A stretch of 64,000 nucleotides of DNA from Eledone cirrhosa (taxonomy: Eukaryota). Positions 1 through 11,430 of the stretch are shown one piece after another. The position numbers and the translations under genes are program-made. The DNA is taken from the NCBI GenBank assembly GCA_964016885.1, contig OZ024763.1:12958001-13022000 (forward strand). The letters are read 5' to 3'. The stretch's first letter is position 1. Every line of letters starts with the position of its first letter. Below the pieces are notes generated by a model. That model was not told the origin of the DNA. It saw only the letters and a program-made list of their open reading frames with translations, and did no database searches.

Positions 1-192
1 ATTTATGTATATATGTATATATATATATATACATGCACACACGCACATACTTGTATGCAAGCATGCATGTATGTATACATACATGCATGTGTGTGTACAT
101 ATATAAATGAATATATATATATATATAAATATATATATTTATAAATATATATATATATAAATATATATATTTATAAATATATATATATAAAT

Positions 193-245
<53 letters not shown>

Positions 246-246
246 A

Positions 247-352
247 CAAAGGAAATGTGGTAAGGAACCAGGTGGACCATAACGCACCAAAGTACTCAAT
301 ACTTAGGGTAGTAGAGTGGGTAATAGGAACGAGTGGGGTCCTACTCGTTCCT
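247..352. repeat. Short interspersed repeat embedded in (TA)n; near-identical inverted copy at 63273-63360
   Basis: caaaggaaatgtggtaaggaaccaggtggaccataacgcaccaaagtactcaatac... recurs reverse-complemented near 63275-63360; the gtattgagtac motif also occurs near 46913, 53267 and 53504. Confidence 0.8.
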
Positions 353-385
353 ATATATATATATATATATATAAATATATATATA

Positions 386-449
<64 letters not shown>

Positions 450-507
450 CTTGCATACTTACAATTATCTATCTATCTATCTCTCTCTATATATATACAC
501 ATACACA

Positions 508-576
<69 letters not shown>

Positions 577-689
577 ATACACAATGCACACTAAGTGGGC
601 TGGGCCATTCTATGCGTAGATGTTTCATCTGGTTTGTGAGTGAAAGAGAGTGACTATGGAAGGGGTAGATGAATGAGGTAAACTAGCTA

Positions 690-702
690 GTTGCTAGGCA
701 AC
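690..702. promoter_or_regulatory. RFX-type X-box motif GTTGCTAGGCAAC
   Basis: Matches the GTTGCY-N-RGCAAC RFX consensus in unique sequence; function unproven. Confidence 0.3.
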
Positions 703-832
703 AGAATACCCAACCACTTATATACCCCAGAATAGTGTATGTGAATGTATAGAGTGTATTTTTGGGGAGGTGGGTCTGTGGTTGGGTGCGTGAGAAAGTA
801 GGTGACGGAATGTTCTTAAAATCGCTTATATA

Positions 833-910
833 CAGGGTATCCCCCAAAAATGTATACACACTTTCATTAGAATGCTGTTGAAGTGTGTATACATTTTTTG
901 GAACACGCTG
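833..910. mobile_element. 78-bp Tc1/mariner-type MITE
   Basis: ~30-bp imperfect TIRs (cagggtatcccccaaaaatgtatacacactt / aagtgtgtatacattttttggaacacgctg) flanked by TA on both sides. Confidence 0.8.
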
Positions 911-1178
911 TATGTGTGCATGTCTGTATGTAGACATGCACACATACTGTATTCCCCGGCACTGAAGACGCTTTGTCATCGAGGACCCACCCTAATTTTG
1001 ACAACCAAACATTTGAAAAAAGAATTATAAACAACCTTCGCCCTCCAGGACCCATGGCAGATCTTTTAGACTTATTTTAGGAGAAAGGTAGGGTCTTTGA
1101 TGGCGGGAAATATGGTGTGTGTGTATATATATGCCTTATTTTCTATTAACCTGTATGTGTGTATATATATATATATGT

Positions 1179-1529
1179 GGAGGCACATGGCTTAGTGGTT
1201 AGAGCATTGGCCTTGCAATCGAAAGGTTGTGAGTTCAATTCTCAGACCGGGTGATGTGTTGTTTCTTTGAGCAAGACACTTTATTTCACATTGCTCCAGT
1301 TTACTCAGCTGTAGAAATGAGATGATAGGGACAGGGGTCCCTATGATTCCACTGCAAAGTGGTCGTGGAGGTGCCACGGCAAAAAAGCACCCAGCACTCA
1401 CTGTAAATGAGGTTGGTGTTAGGAAGGGCATCCAGCTGTAGAAATCAAGCCAGAATCAGTTCCCGTCCCACCCTTGCAAGCAGGGAAAAGTGGACGTAAA
1501 ATGATGATGATGATGATGATGATGATGAT
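1179..1529 (+). mobile_element. tRNA-derived SINE family A with RTE-type tail
   Basis: A box TGGCTTAGTGG, B box GTTCAATTC, 3' end gcagggaaaagtggacgtaaaa(tga)n; five near-full copies in window. Confidence 0.9.
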
Positions 1530-1571
1530 ATATATATATCACCAAAATGTTGCAACGAATGGAATTTATTG

Positions 1572-1666
1572 GACATATTACAATCGTTTCTCTGGCGACC
1601 AGCTCGAGGCACGATCGATGTGATGATCGAACCTGACTCTGAAATCGCAAGGTCCTCAGATACGTC
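1572..1666 (-). ncRNA. Type I hammerhead ribozyme motif with long (~62-nt) stem II
   Basis: Minus strand: GACGUAU-CUGAGGA-[long hairpin]-GAAAC-GAUU-GUA^AUAUGUC; 7-bp stem I with one G-U; AAUAAA follows. Confidence 0.7.
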
Positions 1667-1837
1667 TTGATTCTACGAAGCAGATTAGATATCATACTCT
1701 GCTCTGTGAGAGCATCCAGTGCTCAAACGGCCTACTGCATACGGATGCTTTAAGCATCCCACACCAATTATATATATATATATACACATATATGTTATAT
1801 ATATGTACATATATATGCATGCACATGTTATATATGT

Positions 1838-2283
1838 CATCATCATCATCATCATCATCGTTTAACGTCTATCTTCCACGCTGGCATGGGTTAGACGGGA
1901 ATTGTCCCACTTGAGGCAAGATTGATCGGGTGACTGTGTCTCACTCATATAGGACTGTATCTGGCAGGTTTTCTACGGCTGGATGCCCTTCCTAACACCA
2001 ACCACATTTACAGCGTGGACTGGGTGTTTTTTTTCGTGACACCTACATGAATGACCACTTTAGTGTGGACTGGATGTTCTGTGGTACCAACATAACTTTA
2101 CAGAGAAAGGGTGGTGTTGGTGGGAGTGGGAGGATGGAGTAGGGGTAGTGGGTTGGGGGGTGTATATTGGGTTAAGAGGTGCCTACTGACTGTAGGTTAA
2201 TTTTGCACGTAGGGAAGGCGGGTCTTCTGTATTTCTGCGTGGCGCCAAAGATCTCGATCCAGTGACATTGTCTTAGAGAGGTG
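1838..2283 (-). mobile_element. Composite non-autonomous retroelement (RTE ORF end + spacer + RTE-type tail)
   Basis: Reverse copy of the ~12155-12636 sequence; other copies near 36530-36775 and 43915-44266. Confidence 0.7.
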
Positions 2284-2289
2284 TAAAAT

Positions 2290-2495
2290 ATATTTATTAA
2301 AATAACAGATTAAAGTTTAAGCAAAGAATCGCTGTTTTCAGAAGATCCCGTTAAGGGTGAAAGCAGCGATTCTTTGCTTAAACTTTAATCTGTTATTTTA
2401 ATAAATATTTGCTCTACGGTTCTTATATATCTGATATATATTTATCCTTATCGAGCCCTCTTTGGATTTTAGTCTTCAAATTTATTATTATTACT
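2290..2495. mobile_element. Fold-back repeat with hammerhead-core remnant (Penelope pLTR-like)
   Basis: Arms ~2290-2340 / 2358-2408; second copy at 32119-32342. Confidence 0.65.
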
Positions 2496-2778
2496 ATATA
2501 TATATATATATAAATAGGTATTCAGTGTTCAATATATGAATCACAGAGTATGAGTAAATGTGCCTTGTTTTTCTATTAACCTGTATGTGTGTGTATGTAT
2601 ATATATAATATATAATATATATATATATATATATATGTGTATATAAATGTTATGTGTGCGTGTGTGTGTACATATATATATATATATGTATATAAAAGGT
2701 AAACAGAAATAACAACACAATCAGTACAGTATATGGAAGGCATATATTAGGTTAACACTTGATATAGCAGGAAGAGGG

Positions 2779-2814
2779 TCTTAACGTTTCTGACGCTAGT
2801 CCTTCATCAGAAGA
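2779..2814 (-). ncRNA. Minimal type I hammerhead motif (Penelope-like)
   Basis: Minus strand: UCUU-CUGAUGA-AGGAC-UAGC-GUCA-GAAAC-GUU^AAGA; 4-bp stem I, palindromic AACGUU stem III, imperfect stem II closure. Confidence 0.65.
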
Positions 2815-3289
2815 AAGAATGAGAAATAAAATAGATTGAGAGGACGGGCGGGATAGAATTGGAAAAAAATGTCTTTAGATAAAAATAACAGGTCCACTCA
2901 TGTAGACATCTCTTGTAAAACTGTTGGTGCTGGCGTTTTGTGTATGATTTGTTTTTTAGAATATGTGTGTATATATATGCCTGCACATGTTATATATATT
3001 ATCATCATTTAACAGCTATCTTCCACGCTAGCATGGGTTAGACGGGTTTGTCCCATTTGAGGCAAGTTTGGTCCGGTGACCCGGTCTCACTCGTAAAGGA
3101 CTGTTTCTGGCTAGGTTTCTATGTCTGGAAGCCCTTCCTAACGCCAACTACATTTACAGTGTGTGCTGGGTCCTTTTTGAAATGTCTCCTACACGACCAC
3201 TTTACAATGTGGGCTGGATGTTTTGTGTGTGTGTATATATATATATATATATGCATGTTATATGTGTGTGTGTGTGTATATATATATAT

Positions 3290-3703
3290 GTCGGGTCACT
3301 CTTGAGTGCTACTGGTAACATGTAACCCAGTACAACCTGTCGCATGGTTGGGTCGTCGGCGACTAAACCGGCAACCCCACCAAGTTTACTTGGTGAATAG
3401 GATGATTTTGGACACCTGCAAGACAAAAAACAAAACCTGACAAAGGGCTGAAGAACTCATAAGAGTCAATGGCCATCCAAAAGTGTGTAAATATGTATAT
3501 ACACATGTACCGAGCAGTTAAACCACTGGCAGTGAAGGACCCCTAGCCTTTGTCAGGGCATTCTTCTAAGAGAAGGCAACTCAGGAAACTGGGATAACTC
3601 CGATATAAAACCTGTGGCTCAGTAGTAACCGATGATGTTGCTCTTTTCTTCTTTTCGGGTTATAGAAACTGTCGCTGAGAGAGTGGGTTTGGCTCAGTGC
3701 ACA
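3290..3703 (+). mobile_element. Structured element resembling a non-LTR (RTE-like) retrotransposon 5' UTR
   Basis: GC-richer island starting after (TA)n; several hairpins; 3' part related to ~33548-33625. Confidence 0.45.
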
Positions 3704-4399
3704 GACCCAGAAATATAACTGTAAGAACTGTTGATCACTATAGATAATAGTTGAGAAAATTGGGTCAGTTGGCCTTAGGGATGGAAAAATGAGGACTGAT
3801 GTCCCTACGTCCATTTTTTCTCATCCCTAAATGTAACTGACTCAATGTTCTCAACTATTATTTAGACTGTTCTTAAGAGTTATTTTTCTATCTGGGACTC
3901 TCACATTTTGTAATTTTAAGCCCTCTCAGCACTTTGATTACTTATAGGGTTTATTATTAAAATAAAGTTATGACCCTTTATGTTCTGAGTTCAAATCCCG
4001 CCAAGGTTAACTTTGCCTTTCATCCTTACGGGGTCGATAAAATAAAGCACCAGTAATGTACTGGGATAATTGCTGGCCTTGTGGCAAAAGTAGAAAAAAT
4101 AAGTGTCTTGCTCAAGGACACAATGCATTGCCAAGAATCAAACTCACAACTTTATGATTGTAAAGTTGAACACCCTAACCATCAGGCCTTTATCTTACCT
4201 AATATCTCACATAATACTGAATCTGAGATTTTGATATTATTTATTTTGAGAGCAATACCTTAACATCAGTATGAGCAGCCAGTTACAGCTGGTTTGAACA
4301 GAAGGAGGTGAGAGAATTCTGGCCAGATATGGCCGGTTTAAATGTAAAAGGGTTAAAATAGGGGTCACTTCATGTGACCATGTTAAATGTACATCTCTA

Positions 4400-4812
4400 T
4401 TTGCTACAGATGTCCAGTTGGTCAATGAGACTGTACTAGCTGCAAATGTCCAGATAGCCAATGTGACTACTAGCTACAGATGTCCAGATGTCAATGTCAC
4501 TGTACTAGCTACAAATGTCCAGATAGTCAATGTGTCTACTAGCTACAGATGTCCAGATGTCAATATCACTGTACTAGCTACAGATGTCCAGATGGTCAAT
4601 GAGACTGTACTAGCTACAGATGTCCAGATGGTCAATGAGACTGTACTAGCTACAGATGTCCAGATAGTCAATATGACTGTACTAGCTACAGATGTCCAGA
4701 TGGTCAATGTGACTGTACTAGCTACAGATGTCCAGATGGTCAATGAGACTGTACTAGCTACAGATGTCCAGATGATGTATGTCACTGTACTAGCTACAGA
4801 TGGTCAATGAGT
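4400..4812. repeat. 36-bp minisatellite
   Basis: Unit ctgtactagctacagatgtccagatggtcaatgaga, ~11 copies. Confidence 0.95.
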
Positions 4813-4948
4813 TTATAGCTGCTACATATATTAGTGTTCCCAGAAGGACAGACAGTAAAGTCAACCCAAGTTTATAACTATTACATATGTTAGCATTCCC
4901 AGAAGGACAAATAGTATAGTCAGCTGGCCCAAGTTTATAACTGGTATA

Positions 4949-5342
4949 CCGTGTACCCCCAGCATTCATGGTCCCCGTTTGTGGTCCCAGTTATTCACTG
5001 AATTTTCCTTAGAACCTAACTAATTGTTTGTGGAACCCACAGCATATTCACAGAATTGTAAATATCTTCCGTGATATTTTTTACGGCTATTTTCGTGGCT
5101 ATTTTCACCTGTTCCAGTCAGCCGGCTGAGGCCATGCTGGGGCGCTGCCCTTGAGATATATATATATTTTTAATGCTACTGGACACCCCTTCGCATACGA
5201 TGCCTCCATCTTTTTTTTATTATATTTTGTGCTATATTTTGGCGTTTATAGGCATTTTTATGGACATGCCCAATATTCATGGTTTTTCACTCTTCGAGGG
5301 TGCCCTAGGATCGTAACCCCTACAAATACCGGGGGACAACTG
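4949..5342. mobile_element. Tigger/pogo-like non-autonomous DNA transposon inserted in a ~60-bp minisatellite
   Basis: Degenerate TIRs ccgtgtacccccagcatt / aataccgggggacaactg with TA flanks; removing it restores the satellite unit ctggtata|tatattagtgttccc. Confidence 0.65.
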
Positions 5343-5730
5343 TATATATTAGTGTTCCCAGAAGGACAAACAGTAAAGTCAACTAACTCCAGTTTATAGC
5401 TGGTATACATATTAGTGTTCCCAGAAGGACAAATAGTAAAGTGAATTGACCTAAGTTTATAGCTGGTACATATATTAGTGTTCCCAGAAGGACAAATAGT
5501 AAAGTCAACTGACCCCAGTTTATAACTGGTATATATGTTAGTGTTTCCAGAAAGACAAATAGTAAAGTCAACTCCAGTTTATAGCTGGTATATATACTAG
5601 TGTACCCAGAAGGACAAATAGTATAGTCAACTGACCCAAGTTTATAACTGGTACATATATATTAGTGTTCCTAGAAGAACAGATAGTAAAGTCAAACAGC
5701 CCCCCCCCCCCCTCAGTTTATAACTGGTAC
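5343..5730. repeat. ~60-bp minisatellite (also 4812-4948 and ~6938-6985)
   Basis: Unit agtttatagctggtacatatattagtgttcccagaaggacaaatagtaaagtcaactgaccc. Confidence 0.9.
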
Positions 5731-5949
5731 CAAGGGCCTTATTTCAGGGTGGTACCAGAGGATAAGTCCTCCCTATTTTTTCAAACATTTATATTTTATT
5801 TTTTGTTTATTTGATATAATAAATTCTTTTTAAGCTTATTTTTTTTAATATCTGAACTTGATTTGAATATATAAAATTTAATTAGAGTAACATTTTACTT
5901 ATGTGATAGGGTCCAGGAAAGGGACCATAAGTAATTTATGCTCCTTTAA

Positions 5950-6878
5950 CCCTTTAATGTTCAAACCGGCTAAAATCAGCCAGAATTCTCTACCTCTTTC
6001 TGTTGAAACTGGCCATAACTGGTCGCTCAAACTGATGTTAAGGTATTGTTCTCAAAATAAATACTTTCAAAATCTCATAGATTCGATATTATGTGAGATA
6101 ATTATGTGAGGTAAAGCTTTTACCATGAAAATACAATAGTATATATAGAGTAATGTGAATGTTATGTGAGGTAAAGCCTTTACCATGAAAATATAATAGT
6201 ATATATAGAGTAATGTAAATGTTATGTGAGATATTATGTGAGGTAAAGCCTTTACCATGAAAATATAATAGTATATATAGAGTAATGTAAATGTTATGTG
6301 AGATAATTATGTGAGGTAAAGCCTTTACCATGAAAATATAATAGTATATATAGAGTAATGTAAATGTTATGTGAGATATTATGTGAAGTAAAGCCTTTAC
6401 CATGAAAATATAATAGTATATATAGAGTAATGTGAATGCTATGTGAGATATTATGTGAGGTAAAGCCTTTACCATGAAAATAGAATAGTATATATAGAGT
6501 AATGTGAATGTTATGTGAGATATTATGCGAGGTAAAGCCTTTACCGTGAAAATATAATAGTATATATAGAGTAATGTAAATGTTATGTGAGATATTATGT
6601 GAGGTAAAGCCTTTACCATGAAAATATAATAGTATATGTAGAGTAATGTAAATGTTATGTGAGATATTATGTGAGGTAAAGCCTTTACCATGAAAATATA
6701 ATAGTATATATAGAGTAATGTAAATGTTATGTGAGATATTATGTGAGGTAAAGCCTTTACCATGAAAATAGAATAGTATATATAGAGTAATGTGAATGTT
6801 ATGTGAGATATTATGCGAGGTAAAGCCTTTACCGTGAAAATATAATAGTATATATAGAGTAATGTAAATGCTAAAGGG
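5950..6878 (-). mobile_element. piggyBac-like MITE (family 1) with internal 72-bp tandem array
   Basis: TTAA|CCCTTT ... AAAGGG|TTAA ends; ~10-11 copies of a 72-bp subterminal unit at ~6090-6870. Confidence 0.8.
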
Positions 6879-7214
6879 TTAAGAATCAACAAATGTTGGT
6901 TTGTGCCCCTCACATTTTTAAGGCTAATGAGGCCCCTAACTGGTATATACATTAGTGTTCACAGAAGGGCAGATAGTAAAGTTGTCAATGCTAATATTTG
7001 AACTCACAACATACAGAATATAACCCCCCCCCCCCCGCGCTGCTAATCTGTAACTAATTAACTACAAATGATTTAGTCAAGTGGCTCTATCAACTTTATT
7101 ACCGACCACCTGACTGTTAATGCTAATTGCTAATTAACTACACAATAAAACGATGACAGGTGTTTGATGTGTGTCTGGAGATAGTTGGAAGATATACATA
7201 TATATACTACATGA

Positions 7215-7247
<33 letters not shown>

Positions 7248-8040
7248 CATACATACAGACACACGCTCATGCATGCATATATACATGCATATATATATAT
7301 ATATATAAATACATACATACACATATATATATTCATACATGCATATATATATATATACACACACTTACACATACATACATGCATGCATATATACATGCAT
7401 ATATACATGCATATATATATATATATATATACATATATACATGCATATATACATGCATATGTACATGCATATATACATTCATACATACATACACACAGAC
7501 ATACACACATACACAAACATATATACAAATAACATACATACATAGTACATATATGCATATATATATATACATGCATATATATATATGTACATACACATAT
7601 ATATATATATATGTATGTACATATATATATATATATATATATGCACATATACATATACACACAGGCAGAGAGCGAGGCCAACATGTGTTGATTCACATTC
7701 ATATATAGACAGGCAAACACTCACACACAAATACACACACACACACACAAATACACACACACACAAACAACACTTATGTAGACACATATACACACATGCC
7801 TGCACACACACACACACATGCATGCACACATACATGCATCCACACACACGTGTGTATCCACACATACACGTGCATCCACATGTATATGCACACATACATG
7901 CACATACACATGCATGTGCACATGGATGCAACCACAGACATGCATGCACACATACACACATGCACATTATCACACACACACACATGCACATTATCAGACA
8001 TACACATGCACATTATCAGACATACACACACATGCATGCA

Positions 8041-8464
8041 TGAGACATGGGCAGCAACTGCAGAGGATATGCGACGGCTGGAGAGAAATGAAGCAAGCAT
8101 GCTCCGTTGGATGTGCAATGTCAATGTGCGTGAACGACCAAGGATAGGCGAGTTGAGAGAGAAACTGGGTATAAGAGGGATAAGTTATGGTGTGCAGGAG
8201 AGAGGGCTGAGATGGTATGGACATGTGATGCGCATGGAGGATGACCGCTGGGTAAAGAAGTGCCAAGAAATCCCAGTAGAAGTAAGACGCAGTAGAGGAA
8301 GACCACGTAAAACATGGACGGAGGTGGTGAGAGCAGACCTCAGATCGCTGAAACTCACCGAGGAGATGACGAAGGACCGTGACAAGTGGAGAGATGCTGT
8401 GCTGAATAGGACCCGTCCCACCTTTGCGAGCAGGGAAAAATGGATGTAAAATGATGATGATGAT
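8041..8464 (+). mobile_element. 5'-truncated RTE-clade LINE (ORF C-terminus + tail)
   Basis: ETWAATAEDMRRLERNEASMLRWMC...LRWYGHVMRM...RGRPRKTW...DRDKWR, then aaaa(tga)n tail. Confidence 0.92.
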
Positions 8465-8534
8465 GCACATTATCACACACACTCATTTAATGGAATGGAC
8501 ATCCGTCAGTTTTAATGAGCTCCCCACCTCATAG

Positions 8535-8740
8535 CTATCTGGTGCATGTGCTGGTGTGAACATGTCCTCTGCTTTCCACCAGATCATTCTACCAGGGTCT
8601 TACACTCATTCGACACAGCAGCAGCAGGCTGGAAGAGGCCTCATGGCAGGCCCTACACCAGATGGCTGTATATCATCAGGGAAGATCTCTGGGGGCTCGA
8701 CATCACCTTGGAGGATGCAGAGGACTCAGGGACGTGACTA
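8535..8740 (+). mobile_element. Degenerate RTE LINE C-terminal fragment
   Basis: WCEHVL...GWKRPHGRPYTRWLYIIREDL resembles the RTE W.GHV...R..GRP..RW motif. Confidence 0.6.
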
Positions 8741-10127
8741 TGCTGGAAACAGAGCATCCAACCCTCTACCGACACTGCCAATTCACCGCCCTTACTGACA
8801 AATAGTAACTGATCATCAGATGAGACCAAAGAAACAATGTTTCCATTGCTATCTGCCTGCTAGTCACAAACCCTGTTAGAAAAGTGTGGGATTTGAGCCC
8901 ATAACATTCAGAGCTAGACCCAATACTGTACAAAGCACCATCTGTCTGTCTGTCTGTCTGTCCCACATTTAAAAAAAATGGTGCAAATTCATAATCTCTG
9001 AACACAGTTACCGCATTTGTTGACCCCGAGAAGATGAAAGGTAAAGTTGACCTCAGCAGGATTTGAACTCAAGAGTGCAGTGAGCCAGAACAAACACCAA
9101 AGCATTTAATCTGCTGACCTAATGACTCTGCTAATTTACCACATAATGAGAAAAGATGCCTCAAATGTGTACACTGCGCAATAGTTGCTATAGAAATGAC
9201 CTCTCTCTGACCTCTGAAGAAGAATGCCGAAAATGTTTCCTGGTTGGCTAAGGTTGGCGTAGACAATAGGTGATGGGTGTGCACCAAGCACCGAGGTGTT
9301 GTTTATACAGATATGGAAGTAGCATACGGTGGGGGAGATGAAATGGTGCTGGGGTGATGAAGTGTTGGTGGGTGGAAGGGTGTGTGTGTGTGTGGGGGGG
9401 ATACAACATGCTGGTTCATACGGTGGATGATGAAATGGTGGTGGTGGTGGTGGTGGGTTTGGGTACAACTTGATAGGGCATATGGTGTGGAATGAAGTGG
9501 TGGTGAGGGTGGAGGGATACAACAACAGATTTGGTTTCTTTTCTTTGGAAAGATTAAGCAACAACAACAACAACAACAGCTGCAATAACAACTGCAACAA
9601 CAACAACAACTACAACAACTACAGAGAAACAACAGCAATAATACCAACAGCAACAACAGCACCACTATCATCATCACCACCAACAGTCACAACAACAACA
9701 ACAACAGCAGCACTATCATCATTACATCAACACTTACAACAACAACAACAGCACTAGCCACAACAACACAACTACCATTCTATCACCACCACCACCACCA
9801 CCACAAACAACAAACAACAACAACAGCAACAACAATGGTCACAACAACAACAAAACTACTACCACCACCATCACTACTGCTAACAGTCTCAACTGCAACA
9901 ACAACAACAACAACAACAACTATATGTGAAGCTACAACTTTTTCATTAACATAGTTATAATGTTTAGAACATAACTTAACAAAGGTTCTTACATAAAATT
10001 ATGATGGAAGGGTTTTATATAAATACTAGCTGAGGTACCCGGCTTTGCCCGGGAGAACAGTTAAGAGCAGATGGATAAAAGAGAAAATGACAGTATTGGA
10101 TGTGGTCTGGTATGAGGTGAGACCGTA

Positions 10128-10276
10128 CTGTGTGTGTGAGAGAGAGACAATGTGTGTGTGTGAGAGAGAGAGACAATGTGTGTGTGAGAGAGAGAGATAA
10201 TGTGTGTGTGTGAGCGAGAGACAATGTGTGTGTGTGAGCGAGAGAGACAATGTGTGTGTGAGAGAGAGAGAGACAA

Positions 10277-10307
<31 letters not shown>

Positions 10308-10610
10308 CAATGTGTGTGTGTGAGCGAGAGAGAGACAATGTGTGTGTGTGAGAGAGTGAGACAATGTGTGTGTGTGAGAGAGAGAGAGACAATGTGTGTG
10401 TGTGAGAGAGAGAGAGAGAGACAATGTGTGTGTGTGAGAGAGAGACAATGTGTGTGTGTGAGAGAGAGAGACAATGTGTGTGTGTGAGAGAGAGAGACAA
10501 TGTGTGTGTGTGTGAGAGAGAGAGACAATGTGTGTGTGTGAGAGAGAGAGAGAGACAATGTGTGTGTGTGAGAGAGAGAGACAATGTGTGTGTGTGAGAG
10601 AGAGAGACAT
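10128..10610. repeat. Compound microsatellite caa(TG)n(AG)n array
   Basis: ~20 units of acaatgtgtgtgtgtgagagagag with variable lengths. Confidence 0.95.
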
Positions 10611-10981
10611 AAAAAAAAAATAATCATAAAACTTCCTTATTAGTCTGGGGGAGTAAACTGTTGATTAAATGGTAGCATTGGCCTTGGATTTTAAATGTGA
10701 AATAACCATAGTCAGTATGATCTTTTTCAGCTCCAAAGGACCTCATCTGAAACACAGCAATATACCGCATAACATTGCTTCTGAAGTGTTACTTCGTTAG
10801 TACGGACTGTAAGCAGTATATGGATAAAAGCTGATTTAGTGAATAGTGTATATGTAGCAGTAGGATAGTTCGTATAATATCGATAGTTACTGAATGTTAT
10901 ATTTTACTTGTTATCACTGATAAATTTCAATTATGTCTTTAGGCTTCCATAAAATGTTAGTGCTTTTCCAATAATATTTGT

Positions 10982-11064
10982 ATTTAATTGATTCTGATGA
11001 GGTTATTAAAGTAGAGATAGAATATTCCAGTTATTTTAATGAAATAGTAGTAAATCAATTAAAT
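10982..11064 (+). ncRNA. Type I hammerhead motif with 12-bp stem I and extended stem II
   Basis: AUUUAAUUGAUU-CUGAUGA-[40 nt]-GAAA-UAGUA-GUA^AAUCAAUUAAAU; stem I is a perfect 12-bp complement; stems II/III weak. Confidence 0.6.
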
Positions 11065-11134
11065 GATTTCATTTAAATCCTTGTTAAACTTTATTTTTTA
11101 TATATGTATGTATGTATGTATAGTTTGTATAGCT

Positions 11135-11430
11135 TACAAAGTAAGCCCACAGATAAACTGTAAAGCTAGAAATGTAGTTCATAGTATAATATGCACAGAG
11201 AGACAGTGTAGAAATATGGCCACAACATACTTGGGTGAGACAGCTCACAGTATAGGAGAAATGATGAAAGAGCACTGGTGGGAATTCAAAGGTGAGAAAA
11301 ACTCATCAGTGCTAAACTAGAACATGGGGGATCACTAAAAAACATTGAAATAACAATTATATTCTACACACCAAACAGATTCAATGTTCAAACAGATTAA
11401 GGAAGCCACACATAAATTGAAATAACAATT
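11135..11430 (+). mobile_element. Penelope-like element GIY-YIG endonuclease remnant (disrupted)
   Basis: INCKARNVVHSIICTERQC...YLGETAHSIGEMMKEH matches the PLE C...NVVY.I.C..C...Y.GET.R....R..EH pattern; stop at 11320. Confidence 0.75.

Noticed and set aside
1179-1255. tRNA gene
   Set aside because: A/B boxes are the SINE head, followed by SINE body and tail in five copies
1703-1735. Hammerhead-like CUGUGA-GAGCA-loop-UGCUC-AAAC on plus strand
   Set aside because: Both core segments lack a nucleotide and there is no stem I; at most a relic
3448-3475. CUGAAGA-ACUC-AUAA-GAGU as hammerhead
   Set aside because: Followed by CAAU instead of GAAA
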